From IMG/VR virus record IMGVR_UViG_3300025917_000016, positions 2,556 through 66,555 of that record: a stretch of DNA of 64,000 nucleotides. One strand, given 5' to 3'. This DNA is from a virus. This document shows positions 27,339-35,372 of the stretch, one piece after another; position 1 is the first letter of the stretch; every line of letters starts with the position of its first letter. Position numbers and translations under genes: made by a program. A model generated the notes under the pieces. The model was not told where the DNA came from, made no database searches, and worked only from the letters and a program-made list of their open reading frames with translations.

Positions 27339-27616
27339 TTCGTCAACCTCAACTCAACCATCTTCACCGCGACGGTGTTGCGGAACTTGCCATAACCGAG
27401 CATGTACAGCGTGGCGAGTGTCGCAGCACGAGAGCCGAATAAAAGCGGTGGCGTACTGTTGACCTCGTACGTTACTGCCATGACGATAGCATCGGGTTGT
27501 ATCGTTTTGCTCCAATCCACGACGCCAAACGCCAGGCACTCGATCGCCGCGCGCCACGCATCATACGCAGCCCGATCGGCACGAGTTGCCAGCAGCATTT
27601 CCCTCACACTGGGCAT
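27335..27616 (-). CDS. Hypothetical protein, C-terminal MVELRLTK
   Basis: AAGGAG RBS; coupled to the next gene. Confidence 0.6.
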   Translation of the reverse strand: MPSVREMLLATRADRAAYDAWRAAIECLAFGVVDWSKTIQPDAIVMAVTYEVNSTPPLLFGSRAATLATLYMLGYGKFRNTVAVKMVELRLTK

Positions 27617-27809
27617 CTGCGATCTCCTTTTCCTTGTGGCGTATGCGGCGCTCCAGCTGTCGATGCGCGTTCCGATCGGACGGCGACATCGACACCTGCG
27701 TCTTCACGCCGGACGGGTGGACCAGCGTGTGGTGCTTGCCGCCGTTGACCAGCTTCCACCCACGCTTGATCGCCGCCTTCACGACGATTTTCAGTTCCTT
27801 GTCCATCAT
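27561..27809 (-). CDS. HicA-like (dsRBD-fold) protein
   Basis: RGWKLVNGGKHHTLVHPSG...SMSPSD. Confidence 0.6.
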   Translation of the reverse strand: MMDKELKIVVKAAIKRGWKLVNGGKHHTLVHPSGVKTQVSMSPSDRNAHRQLERRIRHKEKEIADAQCEGNAAGNSCRSGCV

Positions 27810-28021
27810 TTTCCTTCCAGCCGGCGCACGAGGGCTTCGCCCAGGATGCGCCGCTCCATGTCATTTTGTGGGCCTTGCTCCGCGATGTCGATCGCAAGGT
27901 GCCACAGGCCGTCGATGCCGTGCAGGGAGTAGAACTGCACCACATCAGGGTCGCGCATATGCAGCGCGGCGCTCGATATGGCCAGCGCGATTTCATGCAC
28001 CTCCTCGCTGTCCGGAATCAT
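27806..28021 (-). CDS. Hypothetical protein, C-terminal LVRRLEGK
   Basis: ATGA-coupled. Confidence 0.55.
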   Translation of the reverse strand: MIPDSEEVHEIALAISSAALHMRDPDVVQFYSLHGIDGLWHLAIDIAEQGPQNDMERRILGEALVRRLEGK

Positions 28022-28296
28022 TTCCGCGTCCCTCCCAGCCGGACCTCGACGAACTTCGCACGCAGCGCCTGGACCAGCGGCGCGAGCTGCACGCTCGGGA
28101 ACGCCTTCTGGATGCGCGGCAGGTGCGCGTCGCCTTCGATCCTCGCTGCGTTGATCAGCGCCTCGCGCTTCATTCGGACGATCGAGGAATCGCCGTGGAA
28201 CTGGTCGACGACGAGCCACCCGTCGAGATACAGCTCGGCCAGCGCCAGCTCCCACATCTCGAAGCGCCTTACGGCGTCGTCGTCGGCGTAATCCAC
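28018..28296 (-). CDS. Hypothetical protein, C-terminal FVEVRLGGTRK
   Basis: GTG start with a GGAG RBS inside the upstream gene. Confidence 0.55.
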   Translation of the reverse strand: MDYADDDAVRRFEMWELALAELYLDGWLVVDQFHGDSSIVRMKREALINAARIEGDAHLPRIQKAFPSVQLAPLVQALRAKFVEVRLGGTRK

Positions 28297-29129
28297 GGGC
28301 CGATCTCCGCGAGGATTTCCGCAGCCTTGTCGGCCGTCTTGCGGCGCAGCTCCAGCGACGCGCGCAGGCTGTTGGGCGAGACGATCAGCCAGTCGCGGAT
28401 CTTCGCCATGACGGCGTTGAGCTTCGGGTCGTTCGTGATGTTCAGCTTGGGCAGGATGCGCACCAGCGTGTCGATGTTATCGACGAGGCTGTCGCGAAAC
28501 ACGGCCTGATCGTCGGCGAGACGGATCACCATCGCGCTCACGACCTCGTGCAGACGATCCCAGCACTCGCGCGTGGCGCCGTGCAGCCGCTGCTGGACGT
28601 TCTGCTCGATGTTCTGCTTGATCGCGGCCACGGCCTCGTCGCCCACGTCGACGCGGAAGTCCTCGGCGTCCGGCACGACCGAGAACGACGTGTTCACCGA
28701 GAAGCGCGCGGCGATCGATTCGGGCGTCGGGTAGTCCTTCGGATCGTACATGGCGCCCAGGATCTCGCGCGCGTTCTGCACGAGCTGCGGGTAGTCGGAG
28801 ACGAACTTCGCCGCTTCGTTCTCGAATTCGGTCTTCAACTTGCGCAAGCCGTCCATGTAGTCCATGTACGCAGCGCCGGGCAGCACGCGGTCGCCATTGT
28901 CGGACCAGGGCAGCGTATAGCGGTAGTGGAAGTCGCGGATGCGACCCTCCAGCTTGCTGATTGGCTGCAGCGCGGCCGGGTCGACCAGGCGCTTGTTGAA
29001 CCAGCCGGCGGACGACTTCGCCCCAGCCTGGGCCTTGGCCGACTCGCTGGCCTTGTTGTCCTTCTTGCTGGCAGTCCAGGCGCTGATCGACAGGCCGACC
29101 AGCATTGCTTTTTCTTGCAAAGCACTCAT
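28269..29129 (-). CDS. Helical protein of the kind found beside phage AAA/VWA pairs (DUF3150-like)
   Basis: MLVGLSISAWTASKKD...YTLPWSDNGDRVLP...DYP...FRDSLVDN...LNITNDP. Confidence 0.6.
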   Translation of the reverse strand: MSALQEKAMLVGLSISAWTASKKDNKASESAKAQAGAKSSAGWFNKRLVDPAALQPISKLEGRIRDFHYRYTLPWSDNGDRVLPGAAYMDYMDGLRKLKTEFENEAAKFVSDYPQLVQNAREILGAMYDPKDYPTPESIAARFSVNTSFSVVPDAEDFRVDVGDEAVAAIKQNIEQNVQQRLHGATRECWDRLHEVVSAMVIRLADDQAVFRDSLVDNIDTLVRILPKLNITNDPKLNAVMAKIRDWLIVSPNSLRASLELRRKTADKAAEILAEIGPWITPTTTP

Positions 29130-29139
29130 GATGTTCTCC

Positions 29140-29349
29140 TTATTTTGTAAGTCGGTACGTCGTGAACTCGACGAGGATCTTCTCCTGCTGCTCGGGTGTG
29201 AAGTAGAGGTCCCAATACATCATCAACCAATGGTTTGCCGCTTCGACATTCCGTCCGCGAATTTCGACGAGCACAACGCCGGTAGTGCGCATCGCTGCAT
29301 CGAATAGATCCTGTTTTGCTTCCTTGCTGGTCAGCTCCGGTGGGTTCAT
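29140..29349 (-). CDS. Hypothetical protein, C-terminal FTTYRLTK
   Basis: ATGA-coupled. Confidence 0.55.
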   Translation of the reverse strand: MNPPELTSKEAKQDLFDAAMRTTGVVLVEIRGRNVEAANHWLMMYWDLYFTPEQQEKILVEFTTYRLTK

Positions 29350-29858
29350 GGGTTCACCCTCGGCGCCAGGCGGTACTCCATATACTTCGTCAGGATCGCT
29401 TCCGCATCTGCGTATCCACTCCACTGCCGGCGTATATAGTTTTCGAGATCGATGATTGCCGACTCGAACTGATAGAGAATGCAGCTCATGGCGTCGTAGT
29501 ACGACGTGGTGCCCGGCCAGGACTTGCCGGTGTCGATTACCGCGCGGATCAGGCACAGCTGCTCGAATGACTCGCGTACGTGCGGGCGTTCGAGCTGAGG
29601 GAAGACGAGCGAGCCCTCGTTTGCCCACCTGAACAGCCCACGGTCGCGCAGCTCCTGGCCCATCGACGCGAAGGCCCAGTTGCCGGGCTTGGTCCGGTCC
29701 GCGCTGGACAATTCCAACCTGATCGACGCGTCGACCTTCCTCAGCCTGTTCTGACGAATCATCAGGTTGATCGAATTGACCAGATGCGGACTGTCCATCC
29801 ACTTGACCACCAGCACCCGGCCGTCCTGCGTGGTCCAGGTCGCATCGGGCTGCGTCAC
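29346..29858 (-). CDS. Hypothetical protein, C-terminal YMEYRLAPRVNP
   Basis: N-terminal WTTQDG...MDSPHLVN module; AGGAGG RBS. Confidence 0.6.
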   Translation of the reverse strand: MTQPDATWTTQDGRVLVVKWMDSPHLVNSINLMIRQNRLRKVDASIRLELSSADRTKPGNWAFASMGQELRDRGLFRWANEGSLVFPQLERPHVRESFEQLCLIRAVIDTGKSWPGTTSYYDAMSCILYQFESAIIDLENYIRRQWSGYADAEAILTKYMEYRLAPRVNP

Positions 29859-30418
29859 TTTGAACCTCCTTTCATATGCTCGAACAGGTAGCGGAACGAA
29901 TCCATATGCTCGAACAGGTAGCGGAACGAATCCATATGCGTCTCGATGTCGATCATCGTCGGCTGCGTTTCCGGCTCTTTACGATCCATCGCCATCTCGA
30001 ACACGACCGCCACGGCTTCCGCGGCCTTCTCGCCAGCGCGGCCGTTCTTCTTGGCCAGCTCCGTGAGCTTCTTGATGATCTCGGCCCGCTCCTTCGGCTT
30101 GCGCTCCTCGAAATACGAGGCGTTCACGTTGTACACGCGGCGCAGCGCCACCGCCCAGCGCCACTCCTCGGTGCTGAGCTTGTGCTTGGCGGTGGCAATG
30201 TCGAACTGGTCGAACGCGGTCTTGAAATCGACCAGGACCTCGTCGTGCACGATGCCATGAATGCGGGCGCCTTTGAGGAACGCGTCCGGCCCGACGCTGT
30301 AGCGCCCGGCATGCGCCGCGGCCTTCGCCTGCGTCCGTTGCTGCGCCATCGTTTCAAGATAGCGCTTCTCCAGCGCGGTGAAGTCCAGAGCGCCGAAGGG
30401 ATTCTTCGGCTTTTCCAT
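29855..30418 (-). CDS. 187-aa protein made of condensed PolA and nuclease active-site motifs
   Basis: DFTALEKR, RTQAKAAAHAGRYSVG, IVHDEVLVDFKT, MIDIET. Confidence 0.6.
   Translation of the reverse strand: MEKPKNPFGALDFTALEKRYLETMAQQRTQAKAAAHAGRYSVGPDAFLKGARIHGIVHDEVLVDFKTAFDQFDIATAKHKLSTEEWRWAVALRRVYNVNASYFEERKPKERAEIIKKLTELAKKNGRAGEKAAEAVAVVFEMAMDRKEPETQPTMIDIETHMDSFRYLFEHMDSFRYLFEHMKGGSK
29873..29939. repeat. Perfect 30-bp tandem duplication (2.2 copies), in frame
   Basis: CATATGCTCGAACAGGTAGCGGAACGAATC x2 plus CATATGC; encodes HMDSFRYLFE twice. Confidence 0.95.
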
Positions 30419-30420
30419 GA

Positions 30421-31608
30421 TCAGGCCAGGAGATGCGAATGCTTCACGGCGAACTGCTGCCATTCACGCGTGCTGGTGAACTCGCGGCTGTATGCGAGGG
30501 CGTCCTTGTGGAACAGGATCTGCCATTCCGGGTCCATGCGGTCGATGTACTTCTTCAGGCGCGGATAGATGTCCTTCGTATTGGCGCGCGCCAGCGAACC
30601 GATGATGCCGAACTTGGCCGAGATGTTCGTCGGGACCGCCGTACCGTCCGGATCAAGCTTCACCTGCTCGACACTCGGTAAGTCCTGCCACATGCCCAGG
30701 TACGCCACGTACTCGGATGCCTCGGCCGCGCCGACGGTGCCCTGCATCATGGCCAGGCGCACTGCCGGATCGAGACCGGCGTTCGTGAGCTGGCCGCAGA
30801 ACACCCAGGACCGCGGATTCGGCGACACGCGGCGCGACGGGTCGAACTTGTGCAGCAGGTCCGACTTGAAGCGGATGAACGACAGCAGCTCGACCGGCAC
30901 CTCGTCCGCATGCTCCAGCGCCCATGCGCACCAGTCGTCAGCGCTCGGCATCATGTCGATGTGGACGAGGCGCAGGGCCAGTGCGGCCGGCATGCGCTGC
31001 GCGTTCGAGCGGTCGGTCTCACGGTTGCCGGCGCCCAGCATGGCCCAGCCGTCCGGCAGCGTGTAACCGCCGACCTTGCGGGTCAGCAGCAGCTGGTACG
31101 CAGCGGCCTGCACCATCGGCGGCGCCTGATTCAGCTCGTCCAGGAACAGGATGCCCTGCGAGTCGTTCGGCACGCGGCGCACTTCGACCGTCTCGGTCGG
31201 CTTGACCTTGGACTTGTACAGCGTGCCGTCTTCGTAGAAGAAATCGCCGTCTTCACCCTTGGACAGCTCGGTGCCGGTCTTGTCGGTGTAGACCGTCACT
31301 TCCTTCTCGATCATCATGTGCGGCAGGAAGTCGGCCGGCAGCCACTCCATGTGGCCGTGGTCGACGTTCGGCACCGGGAAGCCCTTGATGTCGGTCGGGT
31401 CCATCAGGTTCAGGCGGACGTCGCGCAGCTCCATGCCGCGCTTCTTGGCGATGTCGGCGACCAGATCCGACTTGCCAATCCCAGGCGGGCCCCAGACAAA
31501 GCCGGGGCGTTTCAGTTCGACCAGCGTTTCGAGGGCCGAACGAACCTGGCTCGGGCTGAGGTGGGCGGCGGTGATGCCGGCTGCTGCGGGCGTGGTGTCT
31601 TGGAACAT
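30421..31608 (-). CDS. MoxR/dynein-related AAA+ ATPase
   Basis: Walker A GPPGIGKS, DPTDIKG, Walker B ILFLDE, QAAAYQL, GAGN, SPNPRSW. Confidence 0.9.
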   Translation of the reverse strand: MFQDTTPAAAGITAAHLSPSQVRSALETLVELKRPGFVWGPPGIGKSDLVADIAKKRGMELRDVRLNLMDPTDIKGFPVPNVDHGHMEWLPADFLPHMMIEKEVTVYTDKTGTELSKGEDGDFFYEDGTLYKSKVKPTETVEVRRVPNDSQGILFLDELNQAPPMVQAAAYQLLLTRKVGGYTLPDGWAMLGAGNRETDRSNAQRMPAALALRLVHIDMMPSADDWCAWALEHADEVPVELLSFIRFKSDLLHKFDPSRRVSPNPRSWVFCGQLTNAGLDPAVRLAMMQGTVGAAEASEYVAYLGMWQDLPSVEQVKLDPDGTAVPTNISAKFGIIGSLARANTKDIYPRLKKYIDRMDPEWQILFHKDALAYSREFTSTREWQQFAVKHSHLLA

Positions 31609-31643
31609 GAAGGTTCTCCTTGGATGATAAGGATGGTTGAAAT

Positions 31644-31952
31644 TTATGCGATGCTCTGCTCGTACAACATGGCTAAGCCGAGCTTCAGTTCGTTGCGCAT
31701 GTTGTGCGGGTATAGACCGATCTCAGCATGACCCGGCTTGACGCCGCGCCAGTCGAGTGGCGCTTTCGATACGAGGCCAGTGATCGAGTTGATCCAGCCC
31801 TCGTCGGTCCACTTCCGGCGGAACACATGCCCGCCGCCGGTACGGGCTTCGTACTCGCCCGGTATCGTGGGCAAGACGTCCGGCGCAAACCAGTCGGTGC
31901 GCGGGAGATTGTCGGCCTCGGCTTTCGAGGCGCGCTGAATGACAGGTGACAT
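31644..31952 (-). CDS. Hypothetical phage protein
   Basis: TDWFAPDVLP..PGEYE...W...WRG pattern. Confidence 0.6.
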   Translation of the reverse strand: MSPVIQRASKAEADNLPRTDWFAPDVLPTIPGEYEARTGGGHVFRRKWTDEGWINSITGLVSKAPLDWRGVKPGHAEIGLYPHNMRNELKLGLAMLYEQSIA

Positions 31953-31997
31953 GGGATACTCCTGGCCGGCACGGTCCTCGTGCCGGCCGAAAGAAGG

Positions 31998-32540
31998 TCA
32001 GGAAGAACGGCGGTCGTACACCGGGCGGATTTCGATATGCTTCGCTTCTTTGCGCACATCGATGCCCATCATGCCGTTGACCAGGACGACCATCGGATCA
32101 TTGAGGAAGTCCGAATATGCCTTCTCGACTTCCTTGCGATCGATGCGGAACGACTGCACGATCGGCTTACCCTGGTGGAAGGCCATGAAGCCGATTTCGT
32201 GGAAGATGGGCTTCGTGCCCTGGAGCGGTTCGGTCTTCAACGCGTCGGTCATACGCTCGGCGTTGAATGCACCGGCACCGTACAATCCGGCGGTCTGCTC
32301 TGCCGGTGCCGCAGCCTTCTTCTGCGCCTCCTCGTACTTCGCGCGGCATGCCGAGCAGGTCTCGCGATGCGCGGCCGCTTCCTTTTTGGCCGCAGCGCGT
32401 ATCTGTGCTTCGACTTCGTCGAACTGCTCCTCGAAGCTGCGGCTCGGGTCCAGCTCCAGGTCGACGACCTTGACATTGCCAGTGGACAGACCGGACAGCA
32501 GGGCGGCGAGGATGGTAGCGGGGTTTTTCGAATCGCTCAT
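31998..32540 (-). CDS. Hypothetical protein
   Basis: ORF with RBS; H...CSAC motif. Confidence 0.6.
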   Translation of the reverse strand: MSDSKNPATILAALLSGLSTGNVKVVDLELDPSRSFEEQFDEVEAQIRAAAKKEAAAHRETCSACRAKYEEAQKKAAAPAEQTAGLYGAGAFNAERMTDALKTEPLQGTKPIFHEIGFMAFHQGKPIVQSFRIDRKEVEKAYSDFLNDPMVVLVNGMMGIDVRKEAKHIEIRPVYDRRSS

Positions 32541-32554
32541 ATTTGTCTTTCCAT

Positions 32555-32824
32555 TCAGGGTTGTGCGCTGAGCGCGTTGATGAAGCTGTAAATGATAGCC
32601 GAAGTGCCGGCGGCAACGATCAGCTTGGCGACTAGTGGGCGCATGGATCGTCGCGCTCTTTTATCGGTAGCGCCCATGCCGAACAGCCAACGATCCCGGT
32701 GCCCGCGTGACCAGTGTTCCTGCAGCGGCTGGCCGAAGTAAGGATTGAGTGCGCCGGGCGGCGCCCGTCGGCCTTCACGGTACGCGCGACGCCGGGCGAG
32801 GTGTGAAGCGGGTTCGATCTTCAT
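32555..32824 (-). CDS. Small protein with Rmf/CrpP-like pattern and C-terminal TM helix
   Basis: AYREGRRA...NPY...W.RG; LIVAAGTSAIIYSFI. Confidence 0.5.
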   Translation of the reverse strand: MKIEPASHLARRRAYREGRRAPPGALNPYFGQPLQEHWSRGHRDRWLFGMGATDKRARRSMRPLVAKLIVAAGTSAIIYSFINALSAQP

Positions 32825-32851
32825 GCCGGCACCTGTTGTTTCGGCGCCGGT

Positions 32852-33280
32852 TCAGGCTCTGTTTTCTTCGGCGGCGCCGATGGATTCGGGATTTTCAGGC
32901 GAATGCTCTCGTCCATGTTCCTTCTTTCTTTCGTTGTGATAGTGACGGTCGTACAACCGCTTGCGCACCGTAACCAGCTCGTCGATACTCTGCTGCGTCC
33001 GGCCGCGTTCTTCGTCGAGTTCTTTCATCCGCTGCTGGTACGCGCGCGTTATGTCGCGCTGCTCCTGCTCCAGCTGCATCTGTCGCGCGCGGTGGTATTC
33101 CAGGTGCAGCTGGACGACACGAAGTTCGTCGTCCACCTGATCGGGCGTGAGCCTGCCCTGTGCCAGTTCACGTTTCAAGTGGCGCATTGTAATGGCCGGA
33201 GTGCGTGGGCTGGCCAGACGAAGTTCCATGAACACCGGAATCTCGTATCCCATGTCGGTATGCTTGGGCATAGACTTCAT
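32852..33280 (-). CDS. Coiled-coil hypothetical protein (start uncertain)
   Basis: Heptad-rich ORF overlapping the upstream gene. Confidence 0.5.
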   Translation of the reverse strand: MKSMPKHTDMGYEIPVFMELRLASPRTPAITMRHLKRELAQGRLTPDQVDDELRVVQLHLEYHRARQMQLEQEQRDITRAYQQRMKELDEERGRTQQSIDELVTVRKRLYDRHYHNERKKEHGREHSPENPESIGAAEENRA

Positions 33281-33656
33281 TCAGAAGTTGGTGCAATGCC
33301 ACGGCCGGCTTCTCGCCGCCGCGGACGGACTTGCGGGATAGATGCGTCATCACGAAAAAACGTGTGACGAACCATTTGATCTGGCGCTCGTTCATCATGC
33401 CTGGCCCGGCCACCAGCTTCGTCTCGGCCTCGGCATAGATCATGTTGCGGGCGATGTGCTGCCCGACCATCTCAATAAGCTTGTCGAACGCTGTCACTCT
33501 GTTCCGGTGCTGGCTCTCATGCTCGTGGCACTCGGCCTGGATACCAGTCGGTACGTGCAAGATACGCACGCCGCGATACGACGACCACATCCAGCGGCTG
33601 GTCTGACCTGGCGCCCGGTACGTACTGATGACGAGGTCCTGCGGCTTCAAATCCAT
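33168..33656 (-). CDS. Class I peptide release factor domain-3 homologue lacking GGQ
   Basis: DLVISTYRAPG...GVRILHVPTGIQAECHEHESQHRNRVTAFDKL; AAGGAG RBS. Confidence 0.75.
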   Translation of the reverse strand: MDLKPQDLVISTYRAPGQTSRWMWSSYRGVRILHVPTGIQAECHEHESQHRNRVTAFDKLIEMVGQHIARNMIYAEAETKLVAGPGMMNERQIKWFVTRFFVMTHLSRKSVRGGEKPAVALHQLLNEVYAQAYRHGIRDSGVHGTSSGQPTHSGHYNAPLET

Positions 33657-33679
33657 TTGTCTGTCTCTCCTTCCCTGCG

Positions 33680-33704
33680 AAAAAAGCCGCCCGAAGGCGG
33701 CTTT
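33680..33704 (-). terminator. Rho-independent terminator after the SGNH gene
   Basis: Minus strand AAAGCCGCC-ttcg-GGCGGCTTTTTT. Confidence 0.85.
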
Positions 33705-33728
33705 AGATAATACCGTGAATGACCTGCA

Positions 33729-35030
33729 TCATCGCCAGAGAGCTTTCAGACGATCCGCCATCAGTCGCTGGCCTGCCACATTCGCATGGACATGGTCGCC
33801 GCTGTCGTAGATGGCCTTGAGTGCGCCCGTACCGCCCGAGTAGTCAGTGATGAGTGTATCGACATCGATCAGGTTGACCAGCCCTGCAGTAGCCCACGCC
33901 TTGATCTGGGCAATGCATTTCAGGCGGCCAGCTTCCTGCGTCGGCGAGTAGCCGTTGACACCATAGCCGGTCGACATCCACACCTGCACGCCCGCGGTGC
34001 GCAGCTTCTGCAGGTAGGCCGTGTCCCGCGCAATCAGCGTGTCGGCGCCGTTGATATTGCCGCCGAAGCCGTTCTGGCTCCATCCCTGGAAGTAGATGTC
34101 CGTCGGTGCGAAGCTGGCGGTCATCATATAGTCCAGCAGCAGCAAGTACTCGGTATGGCTGTGTCCGGAACCGGCCAGGTTCGTCACGGAGATCGGCGCA
34201 GTCTGCGTCGACAGCTCGCGCAGCGCGACAGCTACCCAGCTGGTGACGTAGTCGTTGTACGCGCTCTCGGTCGTGCTGTCGCCGACCAGGACGACCGAGC
34301 GCGCCGGCACTGCATATTGGAACTCCAGCCAGGCATACATCTGGAAGCCACCCGTGGTCGAGACTGATGCCGGCAAGTTGGTCAAGGTCGTCACGCCATC
34401 GTTGGCAGTACTGTTAGTGATGAACTCCCGATACGCAGCCGCGCCGCGGTTGGCGTAATAGGCCGTCAGGTTGCTGCCAAACTGGGTGAACACGCCGCTG
34501 GCGTCGGTCTGTGCCAGCCGGAGCAACGCTGCGGGACGTCCGCCGACGACGTCGGCGCGTGGCAGCGACACGCATGGCATCCAGTCAGAGACCATGTAGG
34601 ACGCGCTGTTGCTGGCGGCAGGGGCCAGGACGCCGGTCTTGGTCGCCGCGCCGCCGTCCCACGTTACCGCGCGCCAGCCGTAATCCGTCGTCGCCAGGGC
34701 GTTGTAAAACGTGCCGTTCGCCTTGGGCACGCAGGCGTTGTTGACCGTGTCGTTCGCCATCGTCTCGGTCGGCGCCACCACGGCCTTGAATACCGGTACC
34801 GTGCCGCTGTTGTTCTTGACACCGACCCAGACCCGCACGGCCGTGAACGGCGCCTCCGCCTCGAACTTGTAGCTGTTCGTCTTAACGCCCGAGGCGCCCG
34901 TCACGAACTGCGAGTTGCCGAACGAGCGCTGGCCGCCGGATAGGTTGGCGACGCGACTCGTGTAACCGGTGAGAGCGGTCTGGGATGCGCCTGCCAGCTC
35001 GCCTGGCGCTTTCAGTCCTGCGGCCTTCAT
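33729..35030 (-). CDS. SGNH/GDSL hydrolase with N-terminal beta-rich domain (virion esterase-like)
   Basis: Block I VLVGDSTT, block II NLAGSG, block III SQN, block V DHVH; ATGA overlap with the upstream gene. Confidence 0.8.
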   Translation of the reverse strand: MKAAGLKAPGELAGASQTALTGYTSRVANLSGGQRSFGNSQFVTGASGVKTNSYKFEAEAPFTAVRVWVGVKNNSGTVPVFKAVVAPTETMANDTVNNACVPKANGTFYNALATTDYGWRAVTWDGGAATKTGVLAPAASNSASYMVSDWMPCVSLPRADVVGGRPAALLRLAQTDASGVFTQFGSNLTAYYANRGAAAYREFITNSTANDGVTTLTNLPASVSTTGGFQMYAWLEFQYAVPARSVVLVGDSTTESAYNDYVTSWVAVALRELSTQTAPISVTNLAGSGHSHTEYLLLLDYMMTASFAPTDIYFQGWSQNGFGGNINGADTLIARDTAYLQKLRTAGVQVWMSTGYGVNGYSPTQEAGRLKCIAQIKAWATAGLVNLIDVDTLITDYSGGTGALKAIYDSGDHVHANVAGQRLMADRLKALWR

Positions 35031-35305
35031 TTCGCAGTCCCCATGATGGCCGACACGGTACCGGACGCGATACTCGTTACATTGGCACGAACGTACTGCC
35101 ACGGGTCGACGTCGACGTAGCCGCCGGACGCGGTGATGCCGGTCTGGATCTTGATGGCGTTGACGCCGTCGTTCGACACCTCGATATCGACGGTCGCCGT
35201 ACCGGTAATGACGACCTGGATGGTGCGGGACTGGGCCGGGTTGATGTTGACCCAGTTGCCGGGGCCGGTGACGCCCTGGTTCTGCATAAGCGTAGTGGTT
35301 GCCAT
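35027..35305 (-). CDS. Small beta-sandwich virion-like protein
   Basis: TATVDIEVSNDG...WQYVRANVT; AGGAGG RBS. Confidence 0.65.
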   Translation of the reverse strand: MATTTLMQNQGVTGPGNWVNINPAQSRTIQVVITGTATVDIEVSNDGVNAIKIQTGITASGGYVDVDPWQYVRANVTSIASGTVSAIMGTAK

Positions 35306-35372
35306 GACTTCCTCCTTGTGAAATACCTGCAGGAAATTATATAACGGCAACTACCGGGCTCAGCAGAATTTG

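Noticed and set aside
29873-29939. 30-bp direct repeats as a mini CRISPR array
   Set aside because: Copies are contiguous with no spacers and lie in frame in a gene; no cas operon.
31160-31325. Intein in the AAA+ ATPase
   Set aside because: Too short and lacks an N-terminal Cys/Ser and a C-terminal His-Asn followed by Cys/Ser/Thr.
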